This document shows, piece by piece, positions 18,824-32,800 of a stretch of 64,000 nucleotides of DNA (its first letter is position 1; the number at the start of each line of letters is the position of its first letter). The position numbers and the translations under genes were made by a program. Source of the DNA: Blasia pusilla (lineage: Eukaryota); NCBI GenBank assembly GCA_050084515.1, contig CM114271.1:7874001-7938000 (forward strand), read 5' to 3'. Under the pieces are notes generated by a model. The model saw only the letters and a list, made by a program, of their open reading frames with translations, was not told the origin of the DNA and did not search any database.

Positions 18824-20800
18824 ATGGCACAGACCTCAGAGGCTCGCCGGATTATCATTCCGTGCTCTGTCACTTCTCTAGATGACTTCAAACCAGTTGC
18901 TGGAAACGGAAATTCGCTGGAATCGTCCAAAATCCTGGAGGCTGTGAAAGTGGACAGTGGTAGTGAGCTTACACCGCGGTCTAGAGTCTCTTGGGCAAGT
19001 CAGGTGGAGGAAGAGCACGAAGCTACAGGTTGGACCGGTCTCCCGAGAAACAAGCACGAGAAAGGTGGGATGTCGAACGACAAGGTGGATGACGCAGCGA
19101 AGAAAAATAAGAAGAAGAAGAAGAAGAAGACCAAGGGCGCTTCCACTGCGGAAAATAGCTCTACGGTTGAAGGTAGTCAGAAATCCGAAGATAGAGTCAT
19201 TCCATCCGATGCAAAACTGGAGTCGAAAGCGAATTTATCGAATGGAAGTCATCAGCCAGCGGTAAACAATTCCACTCCCGAAAATGATATCTATAGTAAC
19301 CAGCCCGAAACACCCAATTCTTCGTCAAAGGCTGCTGCAAGCAATGGGGGTAATGGACACAGCAGATTTTCCGAGTGTGCAGGTAGTCCCAACGGTCGAA
19401 ACAAACCCAGCAACCTGGCTGGGACGTCAGTGTGGGTAACTAGGAACACCGAGGAGCTTAAAGCTGCCAGCTCACCGAAGGCAAAGCTGTCCTCTGGGTC
19501 TTCATGGCAGCCAGTCGGGGTCAAGGACACTTCAAATGAGAATGGAGACTCGGGTTGGGACACAGGCTCGAAGCAAGCAGGGTTAGACTCCCCGATGACT
19601 GGAGTGTCGGGCTGGGAAATGGCGGGTTCTCATCGAGGTCGAAAAGGAGCCGATCAGTCGGTGATATCAGCGGCAGCAGCACCTTACATTCCTCCATCTC
19701 CCAAAGGAAACTGGGACGAAATGCTACCCTCAGAGAACCCATCGCCGAATTGGGATGCTGGCTGGGAAGTGGCCAGTTCTCGTCGAGGTAAGAAAGGAGA
19801 CGACGTCCAGTCGAAGTCTTCCGGGGGATCAAAGTCTAAGGGACGAGGACAGCACTTGATCCCTAGACCGAATGAGCATGGTGGTAGAGGAGGAGCCAAG
19901 CAACGATCTGGTGAATGGGAGAAGGGGCCTCGTGGTCGAGGCGCCGGGGCCGTTCATGAGAAAGGTGGACGCCCAAGCCCCAGGAAGTCTGCAAGGGCAG
20001 AAGGAGGTAACAACTTCGGGTCGCTCCTCCAGCAACCAATTCAATCCGCTTGGGGGAAACCTCTTTTCAAATCACTTAGTAATGCCTCTAATCCCGATAC
20101 CACACCCTTGCCAGCTACTGCTCAAGGGTCAGGAATAGCTGCTAATACGAAGAGTCCTCCTGGCGTTCTGGAAAAACTTCTTTCCACGGAGCATGCTGAT
20201 TTGTTAGCTGATCATGTTGAGTTCAATGGGGGCTCAACCTCTATCAATGCTTGGAAAGGAGGATTTGCTGCCTTCTCTGGAAATGGGCCGTCAGTGTTTG
20301 ATGATTACCCGGGAAGTCTCTACTCTGATAGTCAGTGCTCAGATGGGGACCTTGACAGTGACACAATGAGCCTCGCATCTTTTGACTCTGAAGAAAGTCA
20401 CAAAAGTCATTCAACGCAGAAGAGGAACAAGTGGTTCCGCAACTTCTTTCAAGATCTGGAGGAGTTGACAGAGGATCAACTGCAAGAGCATGACCGTCAG
20501 TGGCATTGCCCTGCCTGTCAAGGTGGAGTGGGTGCGATTGACTGGTATCGTGGACTCCAGCCGCTGCTTGCACATGCAAAAACTGTCCGATCAAAGAGGG
20601 TGAAGCTACACAAAGCATTTGCTGAGGTCTTGGAGGAGGAAGTTAGAATCAGAGGAGCAGCTCCAGGGACTCATGGAAGTGGCAAATACGGGAAGTGGAG
20701 AGGATTGGGAGATGACAATGACAACCAAGACATTTTGATTGTTTGGCCACCCATGGTCATCATCCGTAACACTCAGCTAGAGCAAGACGAAGTTGACAAG
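18824..20800 (+). CDS. SGS3: SGS3 coding exon 1 (disordered N-terminus, zf-XS, start of XS)
   Basis: Long ORF 18806-20827; donor AAG|GT at 20800/20801. Confidence 0.92.
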
Positions 20801-23800
20801 GTTTTGAGAAGTTTACCTCTTCCTTAAGCCTGATTAACATTAGGATAGAGTTGTTCTGTAGCTCATTCACCAGTTTGCACATTCAAAAATAGTCTGATCT
20901 GAGTCCTTTCACTACTCTTGTTTTTATGTTTAGAGAGTTATTTGTAGCCTGAGGATTACCTACCTGCTGAAGTCAAAATTTCAATGTGAGGGCATAACAT
21001 CCAGAATCACTTAAGTGATTTGTATCCAGCTAGGAGCACTAACTTGTCCTCAAGTGTGTATGTTCACAACAGGATGCATGAATTGGATTAAAACTGTATT
21101 GTCCTACATTTTTATACTGGAGTGCATATATGAGTTGAGTATGTGTACAAATCTGTGAGGCACTCACTACTCATTAGCATGCCACTCGTATTCTGATTTG
21201 CTTTCCCTTTGGACTTGCTAGACAAAGATTCAGCAATTTGAGTAGAGCATGTGGAATTCAAATTTGTATTCATCACCATTTCTCTCTGTTGCGCTTTCTA
21301 CAGTGGATTGGAATGGGTAATAAGGAGCTGTTAGATATGTTCAAAAGTCACAATCCTATGAAGGCTCGCCATGCTTATGGACCTCAAGGTCATCGGGGAA
21401 TAAGCATTTTAATTTTTCCAGAATCACCAACTGGATATTATGATGCTCAACGTCTTGACAAGCACTTCAAAGAAGCTCGTCGAGGCAGGGACTACTGGAA
21501 CACCCCAGGAAAAGTTCTATTTCAGCCTGGAGGGGATCGAATTTTGTATGGCTATATGGCCTCTCCAGAGGATTTGGATAGTTTCAACAAGCACAGCAAA
21601 GGTAAGAGCCTGTAGCAGGGCATCTTTTGATTCATCTCTCATCCATTTTAGGTGAAAAAAAAATCGTCCATCACTTTTTGACTTCACAATTGAGGGACCT
21701 CATGATAAAACTATGGGTGAATTTAGTGCATGAGCACGCTCATTAATCATCTTCCCATTTTACTGAAATGCACCACCTTTCATTTCGGTTCTTGTCTGTG
21801 CTGTGCCATATTGGCACACGAGTAATCTGGCTAGATCTGCTCATTTCAAGTTTCATGGACAACACTAGGGGTGGACATAAATAGAAGGTTATGCTTCTTT
21901 CTTTGATTGCCTTACCTTAGTTTCACTTAGTCTCTTCAGATTTCATCCTTTACAACAAGGTTATGTAGGGAGATGGGCCTGAGTCTTTTGTAAGACTTTT
22001 CAAGAGGCCAAGAAGAATTATGGAAAAATTAAAAATGAAATAAAAAACCCTGCTGTGCTGTAGGAAAGCAACATCTGAAGTGGGAGAGAAAAAGCCTGCG
22101 GGAGATGGTATTAGTTCCAATGCGAAAGATAGATGAAGAAAGCGTCCAAGTGACTTACCTTCAAGGAAAAGTACAGAGAGAGATTGAGGTTACCAAGACA
22201 CTCAAGAAGAATATCTCTGTGATGAGGAGGAAGCTAGACATGCGAGAAGATGAGCTTAAAGTCATCAGGGAGAGAGCAAAGGAACAGTATCAACAGCAAC
22301 AGATGGAGGTCATTATCTGCACTCTATATGTATCAGCATTTAACATTCATTTTTGCCTAAAGAATTAAGTTTTTAACTTCAGAGATTTGTAGGTGGGATG
22401 CAAAGAATTACACTTTATTTGTATGCATTATCAGCTCTATCAAACTTTTCAAATTTCTTTTGATAAGAGTGTAACTCGTGACAATATGCTTCTTCAAAAT
22501 TAAGTCATAGTGTTAAGATCAGTGTACGACCTTGTGCTTTAGGAATTGCCTTCCATTTGTGTTTCATGACTCCATGTTGTTACCTCCTTAAACGAATTTG
22601 ACATCCCACTGAAGTTATGTTTAAGATGGTCTTTTTGGCAATTGTTGAACTGAAAGTGTTTGGGGTGCAGATCGAAGATATGGAGGCACTTTATAAGTCG
22701 AAGATTGAACAGCTGAAACAGGAGATACTAGATAAAGAGGAAGGGTTGCAAAAAGTTCATAAAGATTATGAACAAGAACATCTAGATCAGTGTGAGCAGC
22801 TGGAACAGCGGGCAATGAAAATCCCCAAAGATAAGAATCTAAGTGATGAGCAGCAGCAGCAGCAGGCTTTGTACGTATCTCTCTCTCTCTCCCTTGTTCT
22901 CCCTTGTTCTCTCTCTCCCTGGTTGCTGGGACCAGGAGCTCCCAGCAAAATTGGGCTGCACCTCCCTGGACAATCCTGCCTAACCATGGAACGGGCAAAA
23001 GCCAGGGATGTTGAGACGATTCTCAAGCTCTGACCTCCCTCTGACTCCATAGACGGGACTATGTTTTCTCTGGAGAAAAGCACACCCTATCTAATTGTTT
23101 TCCCCTTTCCCACTGCCTGAGCACATAGACCAGTACATCGAGTGAACACTGCACTCATGACTACCACAGAACAACCAGCGTTAGAAACCTCGCCGGAGGA
23201 GGTCCAAGACATGACCAGTGTCAAGGATCTTTCCCACAAGCAAATGAAGAGCAGGGACAGTGGACGATCTGTGAGATCAAATGGCTCACGGAGATTGATC
23301 GCACCAAACTCTCGCCACTATGTCAGGAAAAAAATGAGGCAGTGTGACAAGGAACGACTCCATGCAGCTGTCACACATCAACAGAGGTTATACCTTATCT
23401 GGAAGTGGCATCCATCACCAGACGGTTCTCTGAACTAGAAGGAAAATGGGAAAGCTTTCAGGCCAACCAGATGTTGGCATGGAATACAATGATGCAGGCA
23501 GCAAAAGAAGAGCAGGGCAGATGGATGTCCAGCAAGGAATCGAACCTCCTCGAATGGACGGCTCAGAAGACAACTCTGGAATTAGAGCTGGTCGCTTTGA
23601 GGGCTGAAAACATGCAATTGAAGAAGGACTTAGCTGCCTGCTTCAAAGAGGATAACACTCAGCTTGGGAAAGTAATGCAAGAGTACCGTTTAACTGGGAA
23701 CAGCCCTGCACGTCCTGTTAGAACCTGGACTGAAGTAGTGGGCAAGCACACGACCACAACACAAATCAAGGAGGTTGCAACACAGGTAGCCAAAGAGGTA

Positions 23801-26800
23801 GCAAAAGAGGAAGCAGATAGGGTCCTAGAAATCATGGATAGGAAAACCAGAGAACTCAATTTAGTTATCATGGGACTGCACTTTTCCAAGGAAGAAGACT
23901 GTAATTCAGTTTTGCAAGAGAAGGTCTTCACAACTCTCGGGGTCACACCAACAGTCACCTTCACAGGGATCAGACTTGGGAAAGGAACAGGGGACCGACC
24001 AGCACCAATGTTGGTACAATTTGATCCCTCACAACGGGGACCAGTGATGGAAACGAGGTTGGCCATCCTCCGCAGTAAAGCAGTCCTGAAAGGATCTGCT
24101 ATCCGTATCTTCCCAGATCTGACCACCAAGCAAAGAGCAGCACTCCCTATTGAAAGGGAGAAGGTTCTGGCTGCCCGCAACAACGGTCTTTGGAGTGAAC
24201 TCAGGGAAGGAAAGGCCACGACACCAGTACCTAGGAGAAATAAAAATGCATCACCAACACGACAAACAGGAGGGGCAATGAGCGAAAACTCGGATTCCAA
24301 CCAGGGAATTAGCAATTCTACAACTCGGAACCAGGACTTGGAGGTGACAAACCTCCATGACAAGACCTCCCTATAGGGAATGGAGGATGGTAAGAATATT
24401 ACCAACCCATCCATTCAGGCAGTTTTTCACAATTGTGGAGGACCATTCTGGTCCAGAGGCAATGGCATTACATATCTGGGCACAAAACTGGACCTTATCT
24501 TTTTTGCTGAAACATATGAACATGATTCCAACCGCATTCTCAACACAGAGGACTTCCAGGTTTTTGCTATCCACAACCCACTCACAAACAGCAAAAGCAA
24601 AGGACACGGTGGCCTGGCATGCTTGATAGCACCATGGTTACAACCTTTTGTCTCCATAGCCGACATTGATGAGGAGAAACACTTCCTCTGGATCAAGGTC
24701 AACAAAGAAGTGGGGTTACCGAAAGTTCTCATTGCTGTTTGCTACTGCAGTCCCACTGTGCTCAAAAGAGAATTCCCGTATGAGGCTCTCTCTACATCTA
24801 TTGAGCACCACATGCACAGGGGAAATGAGAAAATGATTGACCAGCAGAAGTATCTCTTTGTACAAAGTCAGAGCTAGCATCAGCTAGACCATCCATGATT
24901 TCAGCTTGTACACAATCAGCAAATCAGTTCTTGTCTCTATTGCCAAATCAGAGCCCTACCATGATGTGACTCTTCTTACTATCTAAGAGATACTAAGAAG
25001 GATTCTACAGTCACACCTTGCACTCACACTACAGGTCCTCACATGTCACCAGCTCAGAGATCAGACATGGCTCACCATTGAGCACAAACAATCTCCATCA
25101 GCATACTAGACAAAACTACCTGCCTTCCAGTGGGGCTCTAGCAAGCACAGCAATTAGTCTCAATCTCCTCTTCCTACTCTCTGATCACTCTGCAGCAGGA
25201 CCAAGAGCCTCAGGAGTCCTCACCAAAACTGTGCATGCTGTAGAATTGGCTTCTGCTCTCTAAACAGAAACATTATATACATGAGGGTGAGCACTTCTGG
25301 CCCTTGGATCTTCTTGAACAGATCCATACCCTAAATAACAGATGGTGGCTAGCCCTAACTCGAGAATTGCCCTAATTCAAGGTTACCCTAAAAAGATAGA
25401 GGAACACTAAGTTATCTCTAGCTAACTAAATTAGTATCCAACTAAGTTAGTATTTGACTAACTACTTTTAGGGCATGACTAAACTAGATATTAACAAATT
25501 TCAACACTCCCTCTTAATGAGAGTTTAGAGTAATGCCCATCATAGATATACACTTTCTATGCCCTGTGACAGAGGTTTGGTCAGGACATCAGCTGCCATA
25601 TTCTCTGTTGGACAGTAAACCAAGGAGATTTCTCTTCCTATCATTTCTCTCACAAAGTGATCTTTGATGTCAATGTGTTTTGTTCTAGGATGATGAACAG
25701 GATTTTTGCTTAATGGAATACTTCCTTTGTTGTCAACCTGTAGGGATGTAGGAGTCATCTGTTCATATCCAAGATCATTCAATAAGCTCCTTAATCAGAT
25801 CACCTCCTGAGCAGCAAGAGAAAGGGCCATGTACTCTGCCTCAGTTGTAGAGAGTGCAACAGTTCTTTGTTTCTTACTGCACCAGCTGATCACCCCTCCA
25901 CTTAACAAGAAGACATATCCACTTGTTGATCTTCTTTCATCAGTGTCATCTCCCCAACTTGCATCTGAAAACCCTTCCAAGATTGGTCCATTTTCTTGAT
26001 GCCTGTATTCCAAGTATGTTCTTGTTGTGCCACGCAAATATCTGAGTACTCTCTTCAGACATTTCCAATGTTCTATTGTAGGTTTGCTGGTGTACCTGGC
26101 TAAGACACCAACTGGGTATGCTAAGTCTGCTCTGGTACAGACCATAGCAAACATCAATGACCCTACAGCACTTTGATATAGTGCTTGCAAATTGTCAACC
26201 TTCTCAGTTGAAATTCCCATATCTTTGCTGAGTTTGCAGCCAGGATCTAGGGGTGTTGATACAGGCTTACAATCTTGCATGTTGTACCTGATCAAGATAC
26301 TCTCTATATACTTTTCTTGACTCAATCGAATCCAGCTCTCTTCCCGATTTCTCTCAATCTGAATCCCCAATTGCCACTTTGCTGGACCCAGATCAACCAT
26401 CTCAAAGTTGCGACAGAGGTCTTTCTTCACTCTCTTTACAGTGTCTAAGCTCCCTCCTAGCATCAGAAGATCATCAACATATAATGCTATGTACATAGTG
26501 GAGTCTAAGGAGTACACTCCTTGATCTGCATTGCTACGTTGGAATCCTTTCCTGATCAGGTAAGCATCCATCTTCTCATACCAGAATCTAGGTGCTTGCT
26601 TTAGGCCATAAAGGGCTTTCTTCAAGAGACACACCTTGCCTGGATGAGTATATCCATCTGGTACCTCCATGTAGATCTCCTCTTTGAGTTCTCCATTTAA
26701 GAATGCAGTCTTCACATCCATCTGTTCCACCTCCCAATTTTGTTGAGCTGCTAATGCCAAGAGAACTCTAATGGATCCATACCTTGCAACAGGAGCAAAG

Positions 26801-29800
26801 GTCTCCTGATAGTCTAAACCAGCCTCCTGATTGAAGCCTTTTGCAACCAGACGTGCCTTGTACTTCAAGATCTCATTCTTTGGTCCCCTTTTTATTCTGA
26901 AGACCCATTTGCAACCAATGGTCTTTCTACCAGGTGGCAAATCTACAAACTCCCATGTCTCATTTTTCTCTAATGAGACCTTTTCTTCTGCCACAGCCTG
27001 CTCCCACTGTTTCGAATCATTCCTGCTCATAGCCTCACTCAAAGAGTTGGGCTCTACAACTCCTTCAATAGAATGAGCTTCGTTTATCCCCAACCTTTCT
27101 ACAGGTTTGGAAATTCTTCCAGATCTCCTTTGCTCTGAGATCTCCTTGATCACTCCCTCTGTGGACTCATGTGCCTCTATAACTTGCTTGGCTGCACTTC
27201 TCCTTTGGTACACCTTCATAGGCTGATCATTTTCAACATGATCTTCCTCTCTTACACCTTGGGTGCAAGTATCTAATCCTCCACTACATTCTGCAAGTGT
27301 ATCCTTTGATACTTCCTCCTTATCAGCATCTTGATGTGAGTATGACACTACAGGGATGATTACAGGAGTGACAACAGAACTGGTTACTGGCACCACTCTG
27401 GTGACCATTGACTCTTTGTGCTCAGAGTCTTTCCAAAAACTCTTCTCATCAAAAGTCACATCATTGCTTCAAATTGCCTTGCAGGTTCTAGGATTATACA
27501 ACATGTATCCTTTCAGCCCTTCTTCATACCCAACAAATATGTACTTGTCAGCCTTTGCATCTAGTTTCCTCCTTTGTGTATCAGGGGTGACGGCATAGCC
27601 AACACAACCATAAAAGAAAAACAGGAGTAAACAAATACTGACTTTGATTACAGAGCTAATTTGTTTCTCCAAGCTCCAAGAAGTTACAGCAGATTACAGA
27701 TACATGGAATAGCTTCACAGACGTCAAATAGGAAAGGAAACTCTGTACTTACCAAAACATGAGAGAGATCTGATTGATCTACTACTCATAAACTTCCTCC
27801 CTATAGGAAGAAGAGACTCTCTACACTATTGATGCCTTTCCAAGCAGCACACTATCTCCTCCAGCAGCAGGTCCTCCAAAACATCAACTCCTTCTATCAC
27901 AATAGGTCAGCCACCCAAGCTGAGGGGCAGCAATACTGAAGTTCGCAGGTCCAGGAGCTGGGAATAGTAGAGAAGAGAATAAGAGTGCTCTGGTAAGCCT
28001 CTTGCTCTTATAGGATAGCCCCTGGCTATCTTAAACCCTAAAAGTCTTTAACTAAGGCTAAAGGAGGCTATTATGAAACCCTAAAGGTTTTTAACTAAGA
28101 CTAAAAAAGCTATTGCGAAAACCTATAGGTAATAAACCTAAAAATAGAATTTTACTTATAGATAAAAAAAGTAACTTTTCATAGTAAAAAACAGAATTTT
28201 TTGCTCCTGATCTTACGGTTGCAATTTCAACACTCCCACTCAACGTGAGCTCAGGTGTATTCCAATTAACTCCATGCACCTTAGGTGTTTAACCTTGGTG
28301 AGAGATTTTGTGAACACGTCAGCTGCCATGTCCTCTGTTGCACAGTGTTCTAATTCAATTTCCACTCCAACCTTTTCCCGTATAAAGTACATTGTATATC
28401 AATGTACTTTGTCCTCGCATGGTGTATCGGATTCTTGGTTAGATCAATACTGCCCCGGTTATCAGCATACACTTTTGTAGGTCTTGCTTGATGGCATCCA
28501 AAACCATCAAGGAGGCATCTAAGCCATATTGCCTCCTTGGCAGCATGTGTTAGGGCCATGTATTCTGCTTCACATGTGGAAAGTGCTACGGTGGATTGTC
28601 TCTTGCTGCTCCAACTAATAGCTCCTCCACACAGCAAGTAGCAATATGCAGAAGTAGATTGTCTATTGTCTAGATCTCCTGCCCAATCGGCGTCACTGTA
28701 ACCAATTAGATCTACTTCTGCCTCTTTGATATATGTGAGGCAAAAGTCGTGAGTGCCTTTCAGGTATCTCATCACACGCTTGACAGCTTGCCAATGTTGC
28801 AAGCCAGGGTTGTGCATGAACCTGCTCAAAACTCCCACTGTGTATGCAAGGTCTGGCCTTGTGGCAACCATTGCATACATAATGCAGCCCACTGCATTCT
28901 GATATGGTATGTTAGCCATATCATTCATCTCCAATTCAGTTTGAGGACACATTTCCTTGGTAAGCTTGATTCCTACCTCCATGGGTGTCCCTACTGGATT
29001 ACAATCACCCATAGAAAAACGATTGATGACATTCTTCACATATTTGGTTTGGCTCATCTTGATCCAACCAACATCTCTATTTCTAGTGATTTGTATTCCG
29101 AGTAAATAATTTACTTCTCCTAGATCAACCATTTCAAAAGCTTCACTCAGTCCACGCTTCAGCCTGTGCATAGTTTTCAGGTCTTCACAGAGGAGTAACA
29201 AATCATCTACATACAGTGCTATGTGAATCACAATATTCAACATGTGATAAACACTGGGATTTGCCCTATTCTTGTGAAAACCCAACTTCTGAAAATAACC
29301 GTCAATTTTCTCATACCAGAGTCTTGACGCTTGCTTGAGTCCATATAAAGCTTTCTTCAGCAACCATACCTTGTCTCCATCCTTGAAACCTTCTGGTTGT
29401 TGCATGTAAATCTCCTCATGCAATTTTCCATGGAGGAAGGCGGTTTTTACATCCATTTGATGTATCTCCCAATTATGCTTTGCCGCTAATGCTAGCAAGC
29501 TTCTTATGGAAGTAAATTTTGCTACAGGAGCAAAAGTTTCTGCATAGTCAAGTCCTTCAATCTGACTGTAGCCTTTAGCAACTAGTCGAGCTTTATACTT
29601 GACCACCTCATTCTTAGGTCCTCTTTTCACTTTGAAGACCCACTTGGAACCGATTGCCTTCCTCATGGGGGGCAAATTCACCAACTCAAAAGTCTGATTG
29701 CTTTGGAGAGATCCCATCTCTTCATGTACCGCTTGCTCCCACTGGATGGCATCATCTCTAGTGAGAGCTTCTTCAAGACTTAGCGGTTCATCAGCCTCTA

Positions 29801-32800
29801 ACATTCCTGATGTACAACCTGCATTATCAAGGGCTTGGTAACACACTTCAGCCAGATGCGATTCCTCTGTGAATCTTTCTTCTTGCTGGTCAGTCTCACC
29901 TTTTCCAAGACTTATCCCAAGTCGAATTGGAATTTTGGATGTCCTTGTTGATTTTCGAACTGGAGGTTGTTGCTCTGTGCCTGTAAGATAACTATCGGTA
30001 CTCTCTAATGGTACTTCTGATGTTTCTACATCAGGCTTTCTCCTTACGTAAAATCTGGTTGGAGATAATCTCCTTGGAGATTTATCAACCTCATCATCAT
30101 TTTCTTCAACCTTGATATCTTTAAAGAATGTCAACTCCTTTTCAAAACTGACTTCTGCAGTGCTAGTAATGCTGCTACCAAGATCTTTCTCATTGAAATA
30201 GACATCCCTACTTCTGATTGCTTTCTTAGTGCTTGGATTGAAGAGTCTGTACCCTTTACATCCAGGTTCATACCCTAAGAATATGCATTTCTCCGATTTG
30301 GAGTCTAGCTTTGTTCTTTTCTCCTTTGGAATCAAAGCATAAGCACAACACCCGAAAACTTTCAGGTGAGAGAGATCTGGTTTCTTACCACTCCATGCTT
30401 CCTCTGGTGTCAAGTTGTCCAATGCTGTTGAAGGACTCAAATTCTTCAAGTAGTTGGCAGTAGTTAGGGCTTCTCCCCAAAATTCTCGACCAAGGTTTGC
30501 TGTGGAGAGCATGGACCTGGTTCTTTCAACCAATGTCCTATTCAATCTTTCAGCTGCTCCATTCTGCTCTGGACTGCTCCTTGCAGTAACTTGACTCTTA
30601 ATTCCCTTTTGAGATAAGAAATCTTTGAACTGTTTGTTGATGTATTTGTTGAAATTTGTTAATATCTAGTTTAGTCATGCTCTAAAAATAGTTAGTCAAA
30701 TACTAACTTAGTTGGATACTAATTTAGTTAGCTAGAGATAACTTAGTGTTCCTCTATCTTTTAGGGTAACCTTGAATTAGGGCAATTCTCGAGTTAGGGC
30801 TAGCCACCATCTGTTATTTAGGGTATGGATCTGTTCAAGAAGATCCAAGGGCCAGAAGTGCTCACCCTCATGTATATAATGTTTCTGTTTAGAGAGCAGA
30901 AGCCAATTCTACAGCATGCACAGTTTTGGTGAGAACTCCTGAGGCTCTTGGTCCTGCTGCAGAGTGATCAGAGAGTAGGAAGAGGAGATTGAGACTAATT
31001 GCTGTGCTTGCTAGAGCCTCACTGGAAGGCAGGTGGTTTTGTCTAGTATGCTGATGGAGATTGTTTGTGCTCAATGGTGAGCCATGTCTGATCTCTGAGC
31101 TGGTGACATGTGAGGACTTGTAGTGTGAGTGCAAGGTGTGGCTGAGTAGAATCCTTCTTAGTATCTCTTAGATAGTAAGAAGAGTCACATCATGGTAGGG
31201 CTCTGATTTGGCAATAGAGACAAGAACTGATTTGCTGATTGTGTACAAGCTGAAATCATGGATGGTCTAGTTGATGCTAGCTCTGACTTTGTACAAGGAG
31301 ATACTTCTGCTGGTCAATCATATTCTCAGTATTCTCCACCTCCATCAGTTCTAAGCACTTTCACTTTCAGGCCAAGCTCATTCTCAACCTCATTGACAAA
31401 ATGCTGAAATCTGTCCAAGACTTCATCCTTTGTCTTCATCAAGTAGACAAACGTCCTTCTTGACTTGTCATCAGTGAAAGAAACAAAGTATTTTGCACCT
31501 CCGCGAGATGCTACTTTCATCGGTCCACACACATCAGAGTGGATGAGCTCAAGCTTTTCTCCTACTCTAGTTTTGGACTTCTTAGGTATAGAAGTTCTAC
31601 TCTGTTTCCCTTCTATACAACCTTCACAAAAGAATTCTGAACTATCAGGTTGTAAATGGAATCCAACAACCATCTTCTGGAGTTTCCTCATATTCTGAAT
31701 TCCCAGATGTGCTAGTCGCCTATGCCAAATGTCTAAAGAATTTTCTTCAGATCCAATGTTGGCTGATTCTTCATCAACATGTGTTGTATGAAGTTTATAA
31801 AGCTGATTGTTCACAATCGAAGCTTTTCCGATTTCAGTTGTATCATGATAAAAAATAATGCAATGATCATCTGTAAACAACACTTTGAAACCCTCACTTG
31901 CTAAGACTTTCACAGAGATCAGATTTTTTCCTATCTCAGGAATATAAAGGACATTTTTGAGAAGTAATTCTCTACAACCTTTCAGATTTAGATGAACTTC
32001 ACCTTTGGAAGAAGTTTCCAGCTTGTGATTGCTTGCCACTGTTACATTGCGTGTAGAGATTTTCTGAATGTTGCTAAAACAACTTCTCTTACCGCACATG
32101 TGAGATGTTGCTCCACTATCAATGTACCAAGCATCCCCAGAACTTGATTCGAATGGTACATCACCTTCCAAAGTCATGAATAGTTGATCATCATCGCTAT
32201 CTTCAACCACATGAGCTTTCTCGGAAGTGTTGAACTTTCCCAAGCTTTTCTTCTTGCCTTTCAGGTCTCTCACTTTTTTCCAACAGACCTCTTCTGTATG
32301 GTCCAGCATGTTGCAATATTTGCACTTGAGCTTCTTCTTGCCCTTTTCATTGTACCTTCTCTTACCAACCTTGGCAGCAAGAGCGATCTCATCAGATACA
32401 TTGTTCCTACCAGCATGCTTCGATTCTTCATTGATGAGTTGTCCGTTGACATACTCCAGGGTAAGTTTCTTTTTCTCTTGAGCTTCCAGCACAGTACTCA
32501 CAGTCTCAAAACTCTTAGAGAGAGTGCTGAGAAGTAGACCTACTTGGAAAAAATCGTCTACTTTGAAACCTCCTTCGATGAGAGTAGAAATCATCCCTTT
32601 CACCCTCGCCACATGAGAAGCAACAGGTTCAGATTTGTCCTGGCGCAAGTTCACAAGGTTCCGAAAAACACTATAGATGTGTCCTACAGATTCAGTTTGT
32701 AAGCCTTCTTTCACAGTCTCCCACATGGCATGAGCATTTGGTTTGTCACGGGCCATCTTTATAGCAGAGTCTCCCATGTTCATAACCAATGCAGCCATTG

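Noticed and set aside
23659-24414. 251-aa minus-strand ORF
   Set aside because: Antisense shadow of LINE ORF1 with no recognisable motifs.
25018-25263. 81-aa ORF repeated four times (also 30889, 35136, 38259)
   Set aside because: Lies inside LTR-A and starts at TTG; the repetition reflects LTR identity, not a gene family.
28030-28145. Telomere-like AAACCCTAA motifs in LTR-B
   Set aside because: A few dispersed degenerate copies, common in plant LTRs; not a telomeric array.
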